Shown here in pieces: positions 30,391 through 40,849 of a DNA stretch of 64,000 nt. The notes below the pieces were generated by a model. It saw only the letters and a list, made by a program, of their open reading frames with translations. It did no database searches and was not told the origin of the DNA. The first letter of the stretch is position 1. Every line of letters begins with the position of its first letter. Made by a program: the position numbers and the translations under genes. The stretch comes from an uncultured Acidimicrobiaceae bacterium (GTDB taxonomy: Bacteria; Actinomycetota; Acidimicrobiia; Acidimicrobiales; Bog-793): the NCBI GenBank assembly GCA_963727645.1, contig CAVSHA010000002.1:75507-139506 (forward strand), in the 5' to 3' direction.

Positions 30391-31836
30391 ATGGAGGAGA
30401 ACCTGGAGAAGTACCGCCCGTTGTTCATCGGCGGCGAATGGGTCGACCCTGCCGGAGGCGAGACGGATGAAGACATCAACCCGGCAACCGGAAAGACCAT
30501 CGCCAAAGTCGCCGTCGCCGGCAAGCAGGACATCGAGCGTGCAGCGAGCGCGGCACAGAAGGCCTACGACGAGGTCTGGTTCGACACACCACCGAAAGAG
30601 CGCAGCGCCATGCTCCTCAAGCTCGCCGACGCCATCGACGCCGATGCAACCGAGCTTGCCCGGCTCGAGTCCATCGATGTCGGAAAGCCCATAACGGTCT
30701 CCAAGGCGGACATCCCGTTCGTAGCCGACAGCCTGCGCTTCTTTGCCGGCGCTGCCCGCTGCCAAGAAGGCAAGTCGACCGGAGAGTACGAGAGGGGCTT
30801 CACCTCCATGATCCGCCGGGAGCCTCTGGGCGTCACCGTCGGCATCTGCCCGTGGAACTATCCATTGATGATGGCTGTCTGGAAGCTCGGGCCTGCCTTG
30901 GCGGCCGGAAACACCTCGATCATCAAGCCGGCGCAGATCACGCCGCTCACGACGCTTCGCTTGGCCGACCTGGCGGCGGACATCCTTCCGCCAGGTGTGT
31001 TCAACGTCGTGACCGGTCGGGGCGCGGTCATCGGCGACGCTCTCACGCGTCACCCCGCGGTTCGCCTCGTGTCTGTCACCGGCGACACCGCCACCGGCAA
31101 GATCATCGCCGCAGCTTGCGCCGAGACCGTCAAGCGTGCCCACCTCGAGCTGGGCGGCAAGGCCCCTGTGGTCGTCTTCGACGACGCCGACGTGGAGGCT
31201 CTGACCGAAACCCTGAAGTTCGCCGGCTACGCCAACACCGGCCAAGACTGCACCGCGTCGTGCCGCGTGGTCGCCGGCCCCAAGATCTACGACGAGCTCC
31301 TCACCGCTCTGGTGCCCGCCGTCGAGTCGATCAAGGTCGGCGACATCACCGACACCGAGGTCGAGGTGGGACCGTTGGTCTCGGCCAAACAGCGCGAAAG
31401 CGTGAAGGGCTTCGTCGACCGCGCGCAGGCTGCCGGGGCCAAGGTCCTCACCGGCGGCGAGGAGATCTCAGGACCGGGCTATTACTACAAGCCGACGGTC
31501 ATCACCGACGTCGGCCAGAAGGCCGAGATCGTGCAGCGGGAGGTCTTCGGGCCGGTCGTCACCGTTCAGCGTTTCTCCGACGAGGCCCAGGCCGTGGCCT
31601 GGGCGAACGATGTCGACTACGGCTTGGCGTCCTCGGTATGGACCCGGGACATCTCTCGCGCGTTGCGCGTCGCGCGCCGGCTGCAGTACGGAGCGGTCTG
31701 GATCAACACGCATTTCTGGCTCACGCCGGAGATGCCCCACGGCGGCTACAAGCAGAGCGGCTACGGCAAGGACATGTCGATGTACTCGCTCGAGGACTAC
31801 ACCCAGATCAAGCACGTCATGACGCCGCTGGCCTAA
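30391..31836 (+). CDS. Gamma-aminobutyraldehyde dehydrogenase-like ALDH
   Basis: [20 protein letters not shown], catalytic [25 protein letters not shown]. Confidence 0.88.
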   Translation: MEENLEKYRPLFIGGEWVDPAGGETDEDINPATGKTIAKVAVAGKQDIERAASAAQKAYDEVWFDTPPKERSAMLLKLADAIDADATELARLESIDVGKPITVSKADIPFVADSLRFFAGAARCQEGKSTGEYERGFTSMIRREPLGVTVGICPWNYPLMMAVWKLGPALAAGNTSIIKPAQITPLTTLRLADLAADILPPGVFNVVTGRGAVIGDALTRHPAVRLVSVTGDTATGKIIAAACAETVKRAHLELGGKAPVVVFDDADVEALTETLKFAGYANTGQDCTASCRVVAGPKIYDELLTALVPAVESIKVGDITDTEVEVGPLVSAKQRESVKGFVDRAQAAGAKVLTGGEEISGPGYYYKPTVITDVGQKAEIVQREVFGPVVTVQRFSDEAQAVAWANDVDYGLASSVWTRDISRALRVARRLQYGAVWINTHFWLTPEMPHGGYKQSGYGKDMSMYSLEDYTQIKHVMTPLA

Positions 31837-31932
31837 CCCGCTGACCTGACGGCGCCGACTTCAGAAGGTTCACACGCGCGTCATCCTCCGTTGCCCGATG
31901 CACTGGAGGGGGCAAGGATAAGGGGCAGTCCG

Positions 31933-33525
31933 ATGACCGAACGCGAAGCCGAACTGAGCCGGAGGGACCTGCTCCGTCACGCAGCACAAGGCGCGGTCCT
32001 CCTTGGCACGGGGGGCCTCCTGGGCGCGTGCAGCTCGAGCACCAAGGACCCGAGCGCCACGACAACGACCAGGGCGACACCGCTCCCCACTCCCGGCGGG
32101 ACGCTACGGGCCGGCTTGAGCGGCGGCAGTCGTACAGACACGCTCGACCCGCACAACTGGGTGAACCTTGTCGACGCGGCCCGTGTGTACTCCCTGTTCA
32201 ACCCTCTGGTGGACTTCGACCTCGATGCTCACCCCACAAAGAGCCTGGCCGAGGAGCTCATCGCGGGCAGAGATGCCATGCACTGGACGATTCGCGTGAA
32301 GCCGGGCATCGAGTTCCACAACGGCAAGACGCTGAGCGCCGACGACGTGCTGTACAGCTTCCGAAGGATCGTGGACCCGAAGAGCCCGGCGCTCGGTGCG
32401 AGATCGCTGAAAGCTCTCGACATCGCAAACGCAAAGAAGGTCGACAACCTGACCGTCGCGATCCCGTGCCTCACGCCGTTCTCCGTTCTGAAGGACGTCC
32501 TGGCCTCCTACTATTTCTTCGTCGTGCCGGTGGGCTTCAACCTGAAGCACCCGATCGGCACCGGGCCGTTCAAGTTCCAGTCGTTCACCGCCGGCCGGCA
32601 GAGCACCTTCGTCAAGAACAAGAACTACTGGGAGACCGGCCTGCCATACATAGACGAGCTCGTGATCAGCGACTTCCCAGGTGAAGTCAGCCAGGTGAAC
32701 GCGCTGGGCAGTGGCAGCGTGGACGTCATCGACCTCATTTCCTTCTACTCGACGCGCGCGGTGTACTCGGGTGGCAACAAAGTGATCATCACCAATGGCG
32801 GCGGCTACACGCCCTTCACGATGCGGGTCGACCAGCCCCCGTTCGACGACATCCGTGTCCGCCAGGCGTTCCGCCTCATCTGCGACCGCCAGTACATGCT
32901 CGACACCGTCTTCAGCGGGAACGGCAGGATCGGCAACGATGTGTTCGGCCTGCGGGACGTCGTGTACGACTCGGCGCTACCACAACGCGTCCAGGACATC
33001 GAGCAGGCCCAGAGCCTCCTCGCCAAGGCGGGGCACTCCAACCTGACCATCACTCTGGTGACGAGCCCGGTCGGGCCGGGAGCCGCGCAGATCGCCCAGC
33101 TCCTCAAGCAGCAGGCGGCGCAAGCCGGTGTGACGGTGAACCTGAGATATGTCCCAACGGCGGAGTTCTTCGGCCCGAAATACCTGAGCTGGACCTTCGC
33201 CCAGGACTACTGGAAGTACTACCCCTACTTCTCCAACGTCCTGCAGGCCACCCTCGCCCGTGCCCCGTTCAACGAGTGCCACACGGACAACGCTGCCTAC
33301 ACGAGCCTGTACCGGCAGGCCATGGCCACACTAGGTGGGCGCAAGCGGGCGGACATCGCCCATGAGATGCAGCAGATGGAGTACTCGGGAGCAGCGAGCG
33401 GTTACATCATCCCGTACTTCACCCCCGTCATCGACGCGTATGCATCGCGCGTGAATGGCGTCGTCTCGAGCAAGACCGGCCTTCCTCTAGGGGCCTACGG
33501 CTTCAAGTACATGTGGCTGTCATGA
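31933..33525 (+). CDS. Family-5 (peptide/nickel) ABC substrate-binding Tat lipoprotein
   Basis: SRRDLL, LGAC lipobox, FHNGKTLSADDVLYS, GTGPFK, RVRQAF. Confidence 0.9.
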   Translation: MTEREAELSRRDLLRHAAQGAVLLGTGGLLGACSSSTKDPSATTTTRATPLPTPGGTLRAGLSGGSRTDTLDPHNWVNLVDAARVYSLFNPLVDFDLDAHPTKSLAEELIAGRDAMHWTIRVKPGIEFHNGKTLSADDVLYSFRRIVDPKSPALGARSLKALDIANAKKVDNLTVAIPCLTPFSVLKDVLASYYFFVVPVGFNLKHPIGTGPFKFQSFTAGRQSTFVKNKNYWETGLPYIDELVISDFPGEVSQVNALGSGSVDVIDLISFYSTRAVYSGGNKVIITNGGGYTPFTMRVDQPPFDDIRVRQAFRLICDRQYMLDTVFSGNGRIGNDVFGLRDVVYDSALPQRVQDIEQAQSLLAKAGHSNLTITLVTSPVGPGAAQIAQLLKQQAAQAGVTVNLRYVPTAEFFGPKYLSWTFAQDYWKYYPYFSNVLQATLARAPFNECHTDNAAYTSLYRQAMATLGGRKRADIAHEMQQMEYSGAASGYIIPYFTPVIDAYASRVNGVVSSKTGLPLGAYGFKYMWLS

Positions 33526-33592
33526 CCGATGGGGCGGGCCCACCGGGCCAACCGACCCGGGCCGGGTGAGCGTAGTCAGCCCCGGGGGCGGT

Positions 33593-36175
33593 TCAACCGT
33601 CGAGGTTCAGGTGGTCGTCCACCGTCAGCGGGAGCGAGCGCAGGCGCCGTCGCGTCGCGTCGAAGACGGCATTGGCAACCGCCGGCGCCACGGCAATCAT
33701 CGGCGTCTCGCCGGCCCCTGCAGAGGGCAGGTCAGCACGGTGCAGCAGCACGACCTCGATCGGCGGCACGTCGGAGATCCGCGGGAGGCGATAGCCGGAG
33801 AACGACCCGTTGGTGATCGACCCGGCGTCGAAGTGGACCGCCTCGTACAGCGCACCGCCGAGAGCCACGACCGTGGCACCCTCGATCTGGTTGATCACGG
33901 TGTCGGGGTTCACGACAGCACCGCATTCGTACGCGGTGACGACACGCACGACCCGCAGACGGCCGTCTGAGCCGACGCTGACCTGCGCGGCGGTGGCTAC
34001 TCGTCCGTCCTTCTCGAGCCCGCACGCGATCCCCCGGCCGGTGTCGTGACCGCCTGTCTTCCACCCGAAACGCTCGGCAGCGGCTCGCAGCACGTCGGCG
34101 AGCCGTTCGTCGGCCAGGTTGGCGAGACGAAACTCGACCGGATCGCGACCACAGCGGTGCGCCACCTCGTCGATGTGCGACTCCCGGGCGAAGTTGTTGG
34201 CCGTGGCCGCCAGAGCCCGGAAGGAGGCCTGGGCGAGCGGGCTCTCGGCGGGCTTGTAGTCGATCCGCTGGTTGGCCACGCGGTAGGGCGTGGTGATCGC
34301 GGCCCGTCCCGAATTGATGTTGGTGAACGTCCAAGCCGACAGCTCACCGTCGGTCGTGGCTCCGGCCTGGACGTCGATGACCGCAGCAGGACGGAGGGTG
34401 CCGACACCGAACTCCTCACGGCGGGTCCAGCCCACCCGGACCGGCTCGCCGATCACCCGGGCCAGCATGGCGGCCTCGGTGGCGACGCCACCCGCGTGCT
34501 TGCCGCCAAAGCCGCCGCCGGTGGGCGCCACGATGACACGCACGTCCTGCTCCTCCAGATCGAGGGCCGCGGCGACCTGGGCCCGGACCGGGAAGGGGGT
34601 CTGGGTCCCGGTCCAGATCGTCACCCGCCCGTCGTCGTTCCAGACTGCGATCGCGACCCGGGTCTCGAGGGCAGCGGGGGCGACGAACGCAGTGGTGTAG
34701 GTGGCCTCGACGCGTACGGCCGCGGCCTCGAGCGCGCCGTCCGGATCGCCCTGTTCCTGGTGGAACGGACCGCTCCACCAGTCGTCGCCCGACGCGGGAT
34801 GAGAACGGAGGAACTCCTCGAGGCCGTCGTCCGACGGCGCGTCCGGGACCTCCCACGTGGCCTCGAGACCGGCCAGCGCCGCCCGGGCCCCGGCCCTGTC
34901 ACGGGCGACGACTCCGACACCCACAGGGGTTTCCACCACCATCACATCACTGCGGCCATCGAGCGCAGTCGCGTCGAGGTGGCCGAGCACGGACTTGAAC
35001 ACGGGTGGTCGCAACATGCAGCCGTGCCACAGGCCGGGCATGTCGAGGTCAGAGGCGAAATGCAGAGCGCCCGTGACCATCTCGACCGTTCCCGGCGGTA
35101 CGTGGGCAGACCCGGCGGTCCGCCACTTTGACGGCGGGGTGACCGCGGGCTCCCCCGTGACGATCTCGAGTCTTCGTGCCCCGCCCGGCACCGGCAACAG
35201 GGGGCGGGCGAACGCAGCGACCCGGCTGAGGGCGCTGCCGGCGTCGGGCATGGACCGGCTGCCGAATGTGCCCGCGTCGTAAGGACACAGATCGGTGTCC
35301 CCCATCGCGAGACGAACGCTCCCGAGGGGCACGCGAAGCTCCTCAGCAACGAGGAGCCTCAACGCGGTGCGGTTGTCCTGGCCCACGTCAACTTTGCCGG
35401 TGAACGCGGTAACGGTCCCGTCACTTCGCACATGCAGCCAGGCACCGCCGCTGGTCGACCAGGTACCGGGTGCCGACGTTGGAGGTGGGAGCACAACCAC
35501 CAGCCCGTCCCCGAGTACCGCGAACCAGTCGCGCTCGTTGGGGTTGGTCATGTCCCACGGCCGCGCCGGCCTGTGACCGGGCGCGCACGGGTCGGGCAGC
35601 TTCCAATCCTCGCTGATCGCGGTGACCAACGTCTCGTCGGTAATGACAGGCCGCGCGATCAGCTCGACAGCCCGGTGCACCGCTTTGCGGACGCGTGTGT
35701 AGACGCCACAGCGGCAGAGACTCCCGGACAACGCCTCGCTCACGGCAGCGTCGTCAGGATCAGGGTCGTGAGCCAGAAGGGCGACCGCGGACAGGACCAT
35801 GCCAGGGGTGCAGTAGCCGCACTGGGCCGCGCCGACCTCGACGAAGGCCTGTTGGACAGGGTGCAGTCGGCCACCGGTCGCGAGTCCTTCGATCGTAGTG
35901 ACGCTCGCCCCGGCCATCTCCTCGACTAGCTGCTGGCAGGCGCGTATGGGTCGGTTGTCGACGAGCACAGTGCAGGACCCACACGCGCCCTCCCCGCAAC
36001 CCGGCTTGGCGCCGGTCAGGCCCAACTCGCCACGCAGCGCCGACAGCAGTGACATTCCTGGCGTCACCGAGTGCTCGGCCCCGTTGACGGTCAGCGTCAC
36101 GAGTGGCGGCACGCCGACCAGACGTTGGGGACCGGCCGACCGGGTTTGCGCGCGACCTTCGTCAGTGCCGGGCAT
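33593..36175 (-). CDS. Xanthine-dehydrogenase-family molybdoenzyme: [2Fe-2S] subunit fused to an IorB-like Moco subunit
   Basis: CGEGACGSC, QCGYC and CRCG, followed by GKVDVGQ, GTFGSRS, GGGFGGK and AGAGET in one ORF. Confidence 0.88.
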   Translation of the reverse strand: MPGTDEGRAQTRSAGPQRLVGVPPLVTLTVNGAEHSVTPGMSLLSALRGELGLTGAKPGCGEGACGSCTVLVDNRPIRACQQLVEEMAGASVTTIEGLATGGRLHPVQQAFVEVGAAQCGYCTPGMVLSAVALLAHDPDPDDAAVSEALSGSLCRCGVYTRVRKAVHRAVELIARPVITDETLVTAISEDWKLPDPCAPGHRPARPWDMTNPNERDWFAVLGDGLVVVLPPPTSAPGTWSTSGGAWLHVRSDGTVTAFTGKVDVGQDNRTALRLLVAEELRVPLGSVRLAMGDTDLCPYDAGTFGSRSMPDAGSALSRVAAFARPLLPVPGGARRLEIVTGEPAVTPPSKWRTAGSAHVPPGTVEMVTGALHFASDLDMPGLWHGCMLRPPVFKSVLGHLDATALDGRSDVMVVETPVGVGVVARDRAGARAALAGLEATWEVPDAPSDDGLEEFLRSHPASGDDWWSGPFHQEQGDPDGALEAAAVRVEATYTTAFVAPAALETRVAIAVWNDDGRVTIWTGTQTPFPVRAQVAAALDLEEQDVRVIVAPTGGGFGGKHAGGVATEAAMLARVIGEPVRVGWTRREEFGVGTLRPAAVIDVQAGATTDGELSAWTFTNINSGRAAITTPYRVANQRIDYKPAESPLAQASFRALAATANNFARESHIDEVAHRCGRDPVEFRLANLADERLADVLRAAAERFGWKTGGHDTGRGIACGLEKDGRVATAAQVSVGSDGRLRVVRVVTAYECGAVVNPDTVINQIEGATVVALGGALYEAVHFDAGSITNGSFSGYRLPRISDVPPIEVVLLHRADLPSAGAGETPMIAVAPAVANAVFDATRRRLRSLPLTVDDHLNLDG

Positions 36176-36211
36176 GACCCCATCCTGGAGCACGAGGTGG
36201 ACGCCCTCCTA

Positions 36212-36225
36212 GGGTCATTGGGCCT
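36212..36225. promoter_or_regulatory. Weaker DosR/DevR-like box upstream of the XDH-family gene
   Basis: GGGTCATTGGGCCT fits GGGnCnnnnGnCC. Confidence 0.35.
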
Positions 36226-36382
36226 TTCCGTGCCTGGTTGCCATCCTCCCTGGACGCATGAGCGCCGGGACGTCGACCGTGCTCGTGCTCCAGACGGCGT
36301 GAGCCCGACGAGGCCTGGCTTTGACGCGAGAACGTCGGGGCGCGCCGGGATCGGGCCTCCTTCACGCCGGCTCGCAAAGCGA

Positions 36383-36703
36383 CTAGGTCTTCCGGATCTT
36401 CACGGCCGTGCCGTAGGCACAGATCTCGGTCCAGTTGCCACCCATCTCCGAAGTGTCGAACCGCATGGCCAAGATGGCATCGGCACCCTTCGCCTCGGCC
36501 TCTTCCACCATGCGCTGAGTCACCTCCTGGCGACTGGCGATCAAGTTCTTCGTCATGCCCTTGAGCTCGCCACCTGCCAGTGATTTGAACCCGGCGCCGA
36601 TCTGGGACCCGATGTTGCGGCTGCGCACCGTCAGCCCGAAGACCTCGCCAAGGACCTCTGTGACCTCACTGCCCGGTAGGTCGTTCATCGTCGAGATCAG
36701 CAT
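36383..36703 (-). CDS. YbjQ/UPF0145 family protein
   Basis: MLISTMNDLPG..GEVFGLTVRSR..GGELKG..EICAYGTAV. AGGAGG RBS before the ATG at 36703. Confidence 0.92.
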   Translation of the reverse strand: MLISTMNDLPGSEVTEVLGEVFGLTVRSRNIGSQIGAGFKSLAGGELKGMTKNLIASRQEVTQRMVEEAEAKGADAILAMRFDTSEMGGNWTEICAYGTAVKIRKT

Positions 36704-36880
36704 CTGAAACCTCCTGTTGTCGGTCGACGGGGCCAACCTAGTCAACCGGCACGCCTCAAAGGGCTCACGCGAAGGGGACCATGGTTCGCCCCGATTCGTC
36801 GCCCGTTCCGGTCGAGAACCTAGGGTGTCCCAAAGGTGCAAACTCAATAATGGATCATTGCTCGCCAATACTGGAGGGTC

Positions 36881-37897
36881 ATGCCAGACAACTTGCAGAC
36901 CAGTGCCCGACGCCCCGGCGGTGCGGAGCGCCGCTCCACCTACGTAGTGCTGGCGGCGGTGGGCGCGATCGTCGTGGCGCAATTCCTCCTGGTCCTCATG
37001 TTCGCCTGGTCATCGTCGCGCGCAGCACCCCACGATCTGCCTCTCGCTGTCAGCGGGCCCCCTGCGACCGCCGAAGGACTGGCCCACGGCCTCGAGCAGT
37101 CCCAGCCCGGCGCGTTCACGATCACCGTCCTGCCCGATGCTCTGGCTGCCCGCGCCGCAGTCACCGACCGGCAGGCCTACGGGGCCGTGTCCCTGTCCAC
37201 CGCAGGCGCAATCGTCTACACGGCATCGGAGGCGAGCCCGAGCGTCGCGCAGCTGCTGACCCAAGCAGTGCCAGCCGCCATCGCACACGTTCTGCCACAC
37301 GCCACCGTTGCCATCGCCGACCTCGCGCCCAACCCCGTCGACGACCCGAAAGGGACGGCGATCCCCACCGCCCTGATCCCCTTGACGATGACCTCGATCG
37401 CCGCCGGTGCGGTCATCGGGCTCCTTTTACACGACCGGGTCACTCGGCTGATGGGACTTCTCGGCTATGCCGTCCTCGCCGGGCTGCTCGCCACGGTGGC
37501 CGTTCAAGGCTTGCTCGGGGGACTGACCGGGTCCTGGTTCTCCAATGAACTGGTGATCACCCTCGTTGCCGGGTCGATCGCGGCCGTCACGTGCGGACTT
37601 GCCACCATCGCCAAGATCGCGGGAATCCTTCTCACCCTGCTTGTGGCGTGGTTCTTCGGATTCGCGTTCTCGGGTGCGACCACGGCCTGGCAGCTCATGC
37701 CCGCCCCGTGGGGGCAGATCGCCCAGTACCTGCCCGTCGGGGCCGCCAACACCGGCCTGAGATCAGTCGCCTTCTTCGACGGAGCCAGGGCGGCAGGACC
37801 GCTGGCTGTGCTGGGCGCTTGGGCGCTTGCCGGGATCGCGCTCACCGTGATCGGACACGGTTTCCGCGGGGCCACGGGTTCGGCAGACCTCGCTTAG
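36881..37897 (+). CDS. ABC-2-like / DUF3533-type membrane protein
   Basis: PHDLPLAV, DRQAYGA, LPVGAANTGLRSVAFFDG; one N-terminal TM plus several C-terminal TMs. Confidence 0.75.
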   Translation: MPDNLQTSARRPGGAERRSTYVVLAAVGAIVVAQFLLVLMFAWSSSRAAPHDLPLAVSGPPATAEGLAHGLEQSQPGAFTITVLPDALAARAAVTDRQAYGAVSLSTAGAIVYTASEASPSVAQLLTQAVPAAIAHVLPHATVAIADLAPNPVDDPKGTAIPTALIPLTMTSIAAGAVIGLLLHDRVTRLMGLLGYAVLAGLLATVAVQGLLGGLTGSWFSNELVITLVAGSIAAVTCGLATIAKIAGILLTLLVAWFFGFAFSGATTAWQLMPAPWGQIAQYLPVGAANTGLRSVAFFDGARAAGPLAVLGAWALAGIALTVIGHGFRGATGSADLA

Positions 37898-37964
37898 TCC
37901 GCACCGAGCATACGAGTCGCGACCGGCGGCGCGATCGGGCCTGATCGAGTACCGTCCCGGTCTC

Positions 37965-38855
37965 ATGGCGCATCAAGAACCCGCAGAGCTGCACTCAGGT
38001 CACAGGCCGCTCTCCTGCGGCGTTTTCCTCCCTCCGTTCGACGAGTTCGCGGAACCGAAGCGCCTCGTCGCGTTGGCACAGTCTGCGGAGCGGGCGGGGT
38101 GGGACGGCTTGTACCTGTGGGACCACATGCTGACGATCCCGGGGATGGCCGTGGCCGACTCGTTCATAATGGCTGCCGCCATCGCCCAGGCGACCGATCG
38201 GATCCGCCTGGGGATGTTGGTCACTCCTCTAGCCCGCCGCCGTCCATGGGTGCTCGCCCGGCAGACCGCTACGCTCGACCGGTTGTCGGAGGGCCGCCTC
38301 GTCGTCGGCGTCGGCCTCGGGCACGACACCTGGAAGGAGCTCAGCTCGTTCTCGGGCGAGATCATCGACCCGATGGAGAGGTCGTTCTCCCTTGACGACT
38401 CACTCGAGATCCTCGTGCGGTTGTGGTCGGGCGAGCCGGTCGAGTTCGAGGGCAAGCGGATCTGGGTGAACACCACTGCGTTTCTTCCCAGACCGGTGCA
38501 ACGACCAGTGCCAATCTGGGTGGCCTGCAGATGGCCGAACCGCCGTCCCATCGCCCGGGCGGCACGCCACCAGGGCTGCTTCCCCCTGTTCGATCCGGGA
38601 GGCCTCGAGATCCCGGGGCTTCCGGAGCCCCGGCAGGTGGCTGCCCTTCGCGCCAGGCTCCTGGAGCACGGAGCGGCGGCTGACATCGACATCGTCTGCC
38701 GCGGCGTGTCATGGCCTGCGCGGGCCCACGAGCTTTCCTCGCGGTTTGCGGCACTCGAGGACGCCGGCATGACCTGGTGGCTCGAGTCGTTCGGCCGAGG
38801 TGAGCCGCCGGCGGCGGAGGTCGAGGCAGTCGTCGCCGCGGGGCCTCCCCGTTGA
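37965..38855 (+). CDS. LLM-class flavin-dependent oxidoreductase
   Basis: AERAGWDGLYLWDH, RLGMLVTPLARRRP, LDRLSEGR, PIWVA. Confidence 0.9.
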   Translation: MAHQEPAELHSGHRPLSCGVFLPPFDEFAEPKRLVALAQSAERAGWDGLYLWDHMLTIPGMAVADSFIMAAAIAQATDRIRLGMLVTPLARRRPWVLARQTATLDRLSEGRLVVGVGLGHDTWKELSSFSGEIIDPMERSFSLDDSLEILVRLWSGEPVEFEGKRIWVNTTAFLPRPVQRPVPIWVACRWPNRRPIARAARHQGCFPLFDPGGLEIPGLPEPRQVAALRARLLEHGAAADIDIVCRGVSWPARAHELSSRFAALEDAGMTWWLESFGRGEPPAAEVEAVVAAGPPR

Positions 38856-39074
38856 GCACGACTGTCGCTCGACAAGAGCCCCTGCTGTTCGAGCGACCCT
38901 TCCTGGCGGCAGTGTCGTCATGCCGGGACGCCGACAAGTGGCTGACTCTGGCGCGACCGGCTCTGACGGGTTCCCCGGTGCCGAGCCACCACCGATCGGG
39001 AAGGGCTCGACCCCACAGCAATCCTTGAAGGGCCACCCAGTTGCCTCCCAGGATTGCACGCCAGTCTTTGACGC

Positions 39075-40658
39075 GTGACCACTATCGCCGCCGGACTTGA
39101 GTCCGTGAGCCCTGACACCCTTGTCGCCCCGAAGTTCAAGCATGTCGAAGAGGCGGAGTCATCTTGGCGATTCCCGACGGCGGAGGTCGCGCTCGCCGTC
39201 AGCGCCTTCGCGCTGTTCTGCATCGCGGTGCTAACCAAGGCGACCAAGCTCCTCGAGCCGGACGACTCCGCCTACCTGGCGTCGATCATCGCTCTCACTC
39301 ATGGCCACATAACCTTGTCCACGGCTCAGTACGACGCTCTCTCGGCGCAACTGCGGGCTCGCGGCGGCACGGGGATCATGCAGTGGGTCCAGCTGGCCAA
39401 CGGGCGCTGGATGAGCGAGAAGAACCCCGGCTACCCCTTCTTCGCCGCACCGTTCCAGATGCTGGGGGTCCTGCGGGCAGCACCACTGTTCGCCGGCGCG
39501 CTGGCGTCGACGAGCCTGTTCGTCGCCGGCCGTCGCTGGCTCGGGAACTGGGGTGGTACCTGGGCGGTGATCCTCTTTGTCTCCTCCGGGGCGGCGATCG
39601 CCTTCGCATGGCGGCCGACCATGCCGTCGTTCACCGATGCCGCACTCATCGCCACCGGGGCCGGGGCGCTGCTGTGGACGTTCCTGGCCCGCGACGCCCC
39701 GCCCCGCCGGCGGACCGTTGTCGGCCTCCTGGGGTTCCTATCGCTCGAGGCGGCGGTCTTCATCCGCTACACCGATGTCGTGATGCTGTTGGTGGCGGTG
39801 ATTGCGGTAGTGGTCTCCTTCCGAGGGGCACGGGTCTCTGGCAGGTCGCTGGCGTGGTGGTTCGGCTCGGTTCTGCTCCTCGCGGGCGGTGTGATGGCCT
39901 TCGACCGGTACTTCTATGGAGGAACGCTCAAGACCGGCTACGGAGCGGGTGAGATCACCTTCGGCCTTGGAGCGGTCATCGCGAACCTCAGGCTCATGCC
40001 GCCGTACTTGGTGAAGGCGATCCCGGCGCTGCTGCTGGGGTTGGCAGCGTTGGCCTGGATGGCGGTCAGGGCAATCCGCAGCAGGTCCACTACCGCCGAC
40101 CCGAGGACTACGGCCAGGTTCCGGCGCGACGCCGTCGTCGGTCTGGTCCTCGCGGCCGGGTGGTTCGGGCTCTGGGCGCTCTACTCGACATACGACTGGA
40201 CTGCCCAGGCCGGATCACCCGGTGGTGGCGGGAGCGGTGGAGAAATCCACCTCATCCGTTTCTATCTCCCGGCAATCGGCCTCATCGCCCTGCTGGGTGC
40301 CTGGCTGCTCGTGCAGCTGCCCAGGTGGCTCCCCCCTGCGCTTCTGGTCGTCATCGCGGCTCTCGGGTTCTCCTCTTTCCGGAGCCTCACGGCAGTCGGG
40401 GCGATGGGGTCTCCAGGTGGCACAGGATTCCCGGGTGGGTTACCCGGCGGACCAGGAGGGGTGAGAGTCCCGCCGCTGAGCTCTGGCGTCAAACTCCCAA
40501 AGGGCTTCCAGTCGCCGACGGTCGGGTCGCCGAACATCTCCGAGCCGGGGAACGGCAAGCCGCCCGCAGGGTCGCCGAATAGGCCCGAGGCAGGCAAAGG
40601 GAAGCCGCCGGTAGGCTTTGCCCCGGCGAAGGGCTCGCCCGCACCCGGCCACCAGTGA
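39075..40658 (+). CDS. Polytopic membrane protein, GT-C-like, with Pro/Gly-rich tail
   Basis: EPDD..Y acidic first loop, EKNPGYP, IRY, RFYLP; many TM helices. Confidence 0.6.
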   Translation: MTTIAAGLESVSPDTLVAPKFKHVEEAESSWRFPTAEVALAVSAFALFCIAVLTKATKLLEPDDSAYLASIIALTHGHITLSTAQYDALSAQLRARGGTGIMQWVQLANGRWMSEKNPGYPFFAAPFQMLGVLRAAPLFAGALASTSLFVAGRRWLGNWGGTWAVILFVSSGAAIAFAWRPTMPSFTDAALIATGAGALLWTFLARDAPPRRRTVVGLLGFLSLEAAVFIRYTDVVMLLVAVIAVVVSFRGARVSGRSLAWWFGSVLLLAGGVMAFDRYFYGGTLKTGYGAGEITFGLGAVIANLRLMPPYLVKAIPALLLGLAALAWMAVRAIRSRSTTADPRTTARFRRDAVVGLVLAAGWFGLWALYSTYDWTAQAGSPGGGGSGGEIHLIRFYLPAIGLIALLGAWLLVQLPRWLPPALLVVIAALGFSSFRSLTAVGAMGSPGGTGFPGGLPGGPGGVRVPPLSSGVKLPKGFQSPTVGSPNISEPGNGKPPAGSPNRPEAGKGKPPVGFAPAKGSPAPGHQ

Positions 40659-40849
40659 TGCCTCTTTTCTCGCCTAGTGATCGACGGGACGCCTGACTCA
40701 ACGGCCGTCTCAGTTCCGATGCGCGGGACAGCTCAGCAAGAGCGACGGGTGCGGGGAATGTCCCAGCGTCTGCTCAGCCAACACACAGGTCAACTTCGTA
40801 GGCTGACGCTCAGGCACGACGGGATGAGTTGAAGAGGAAGGGTCGAACC

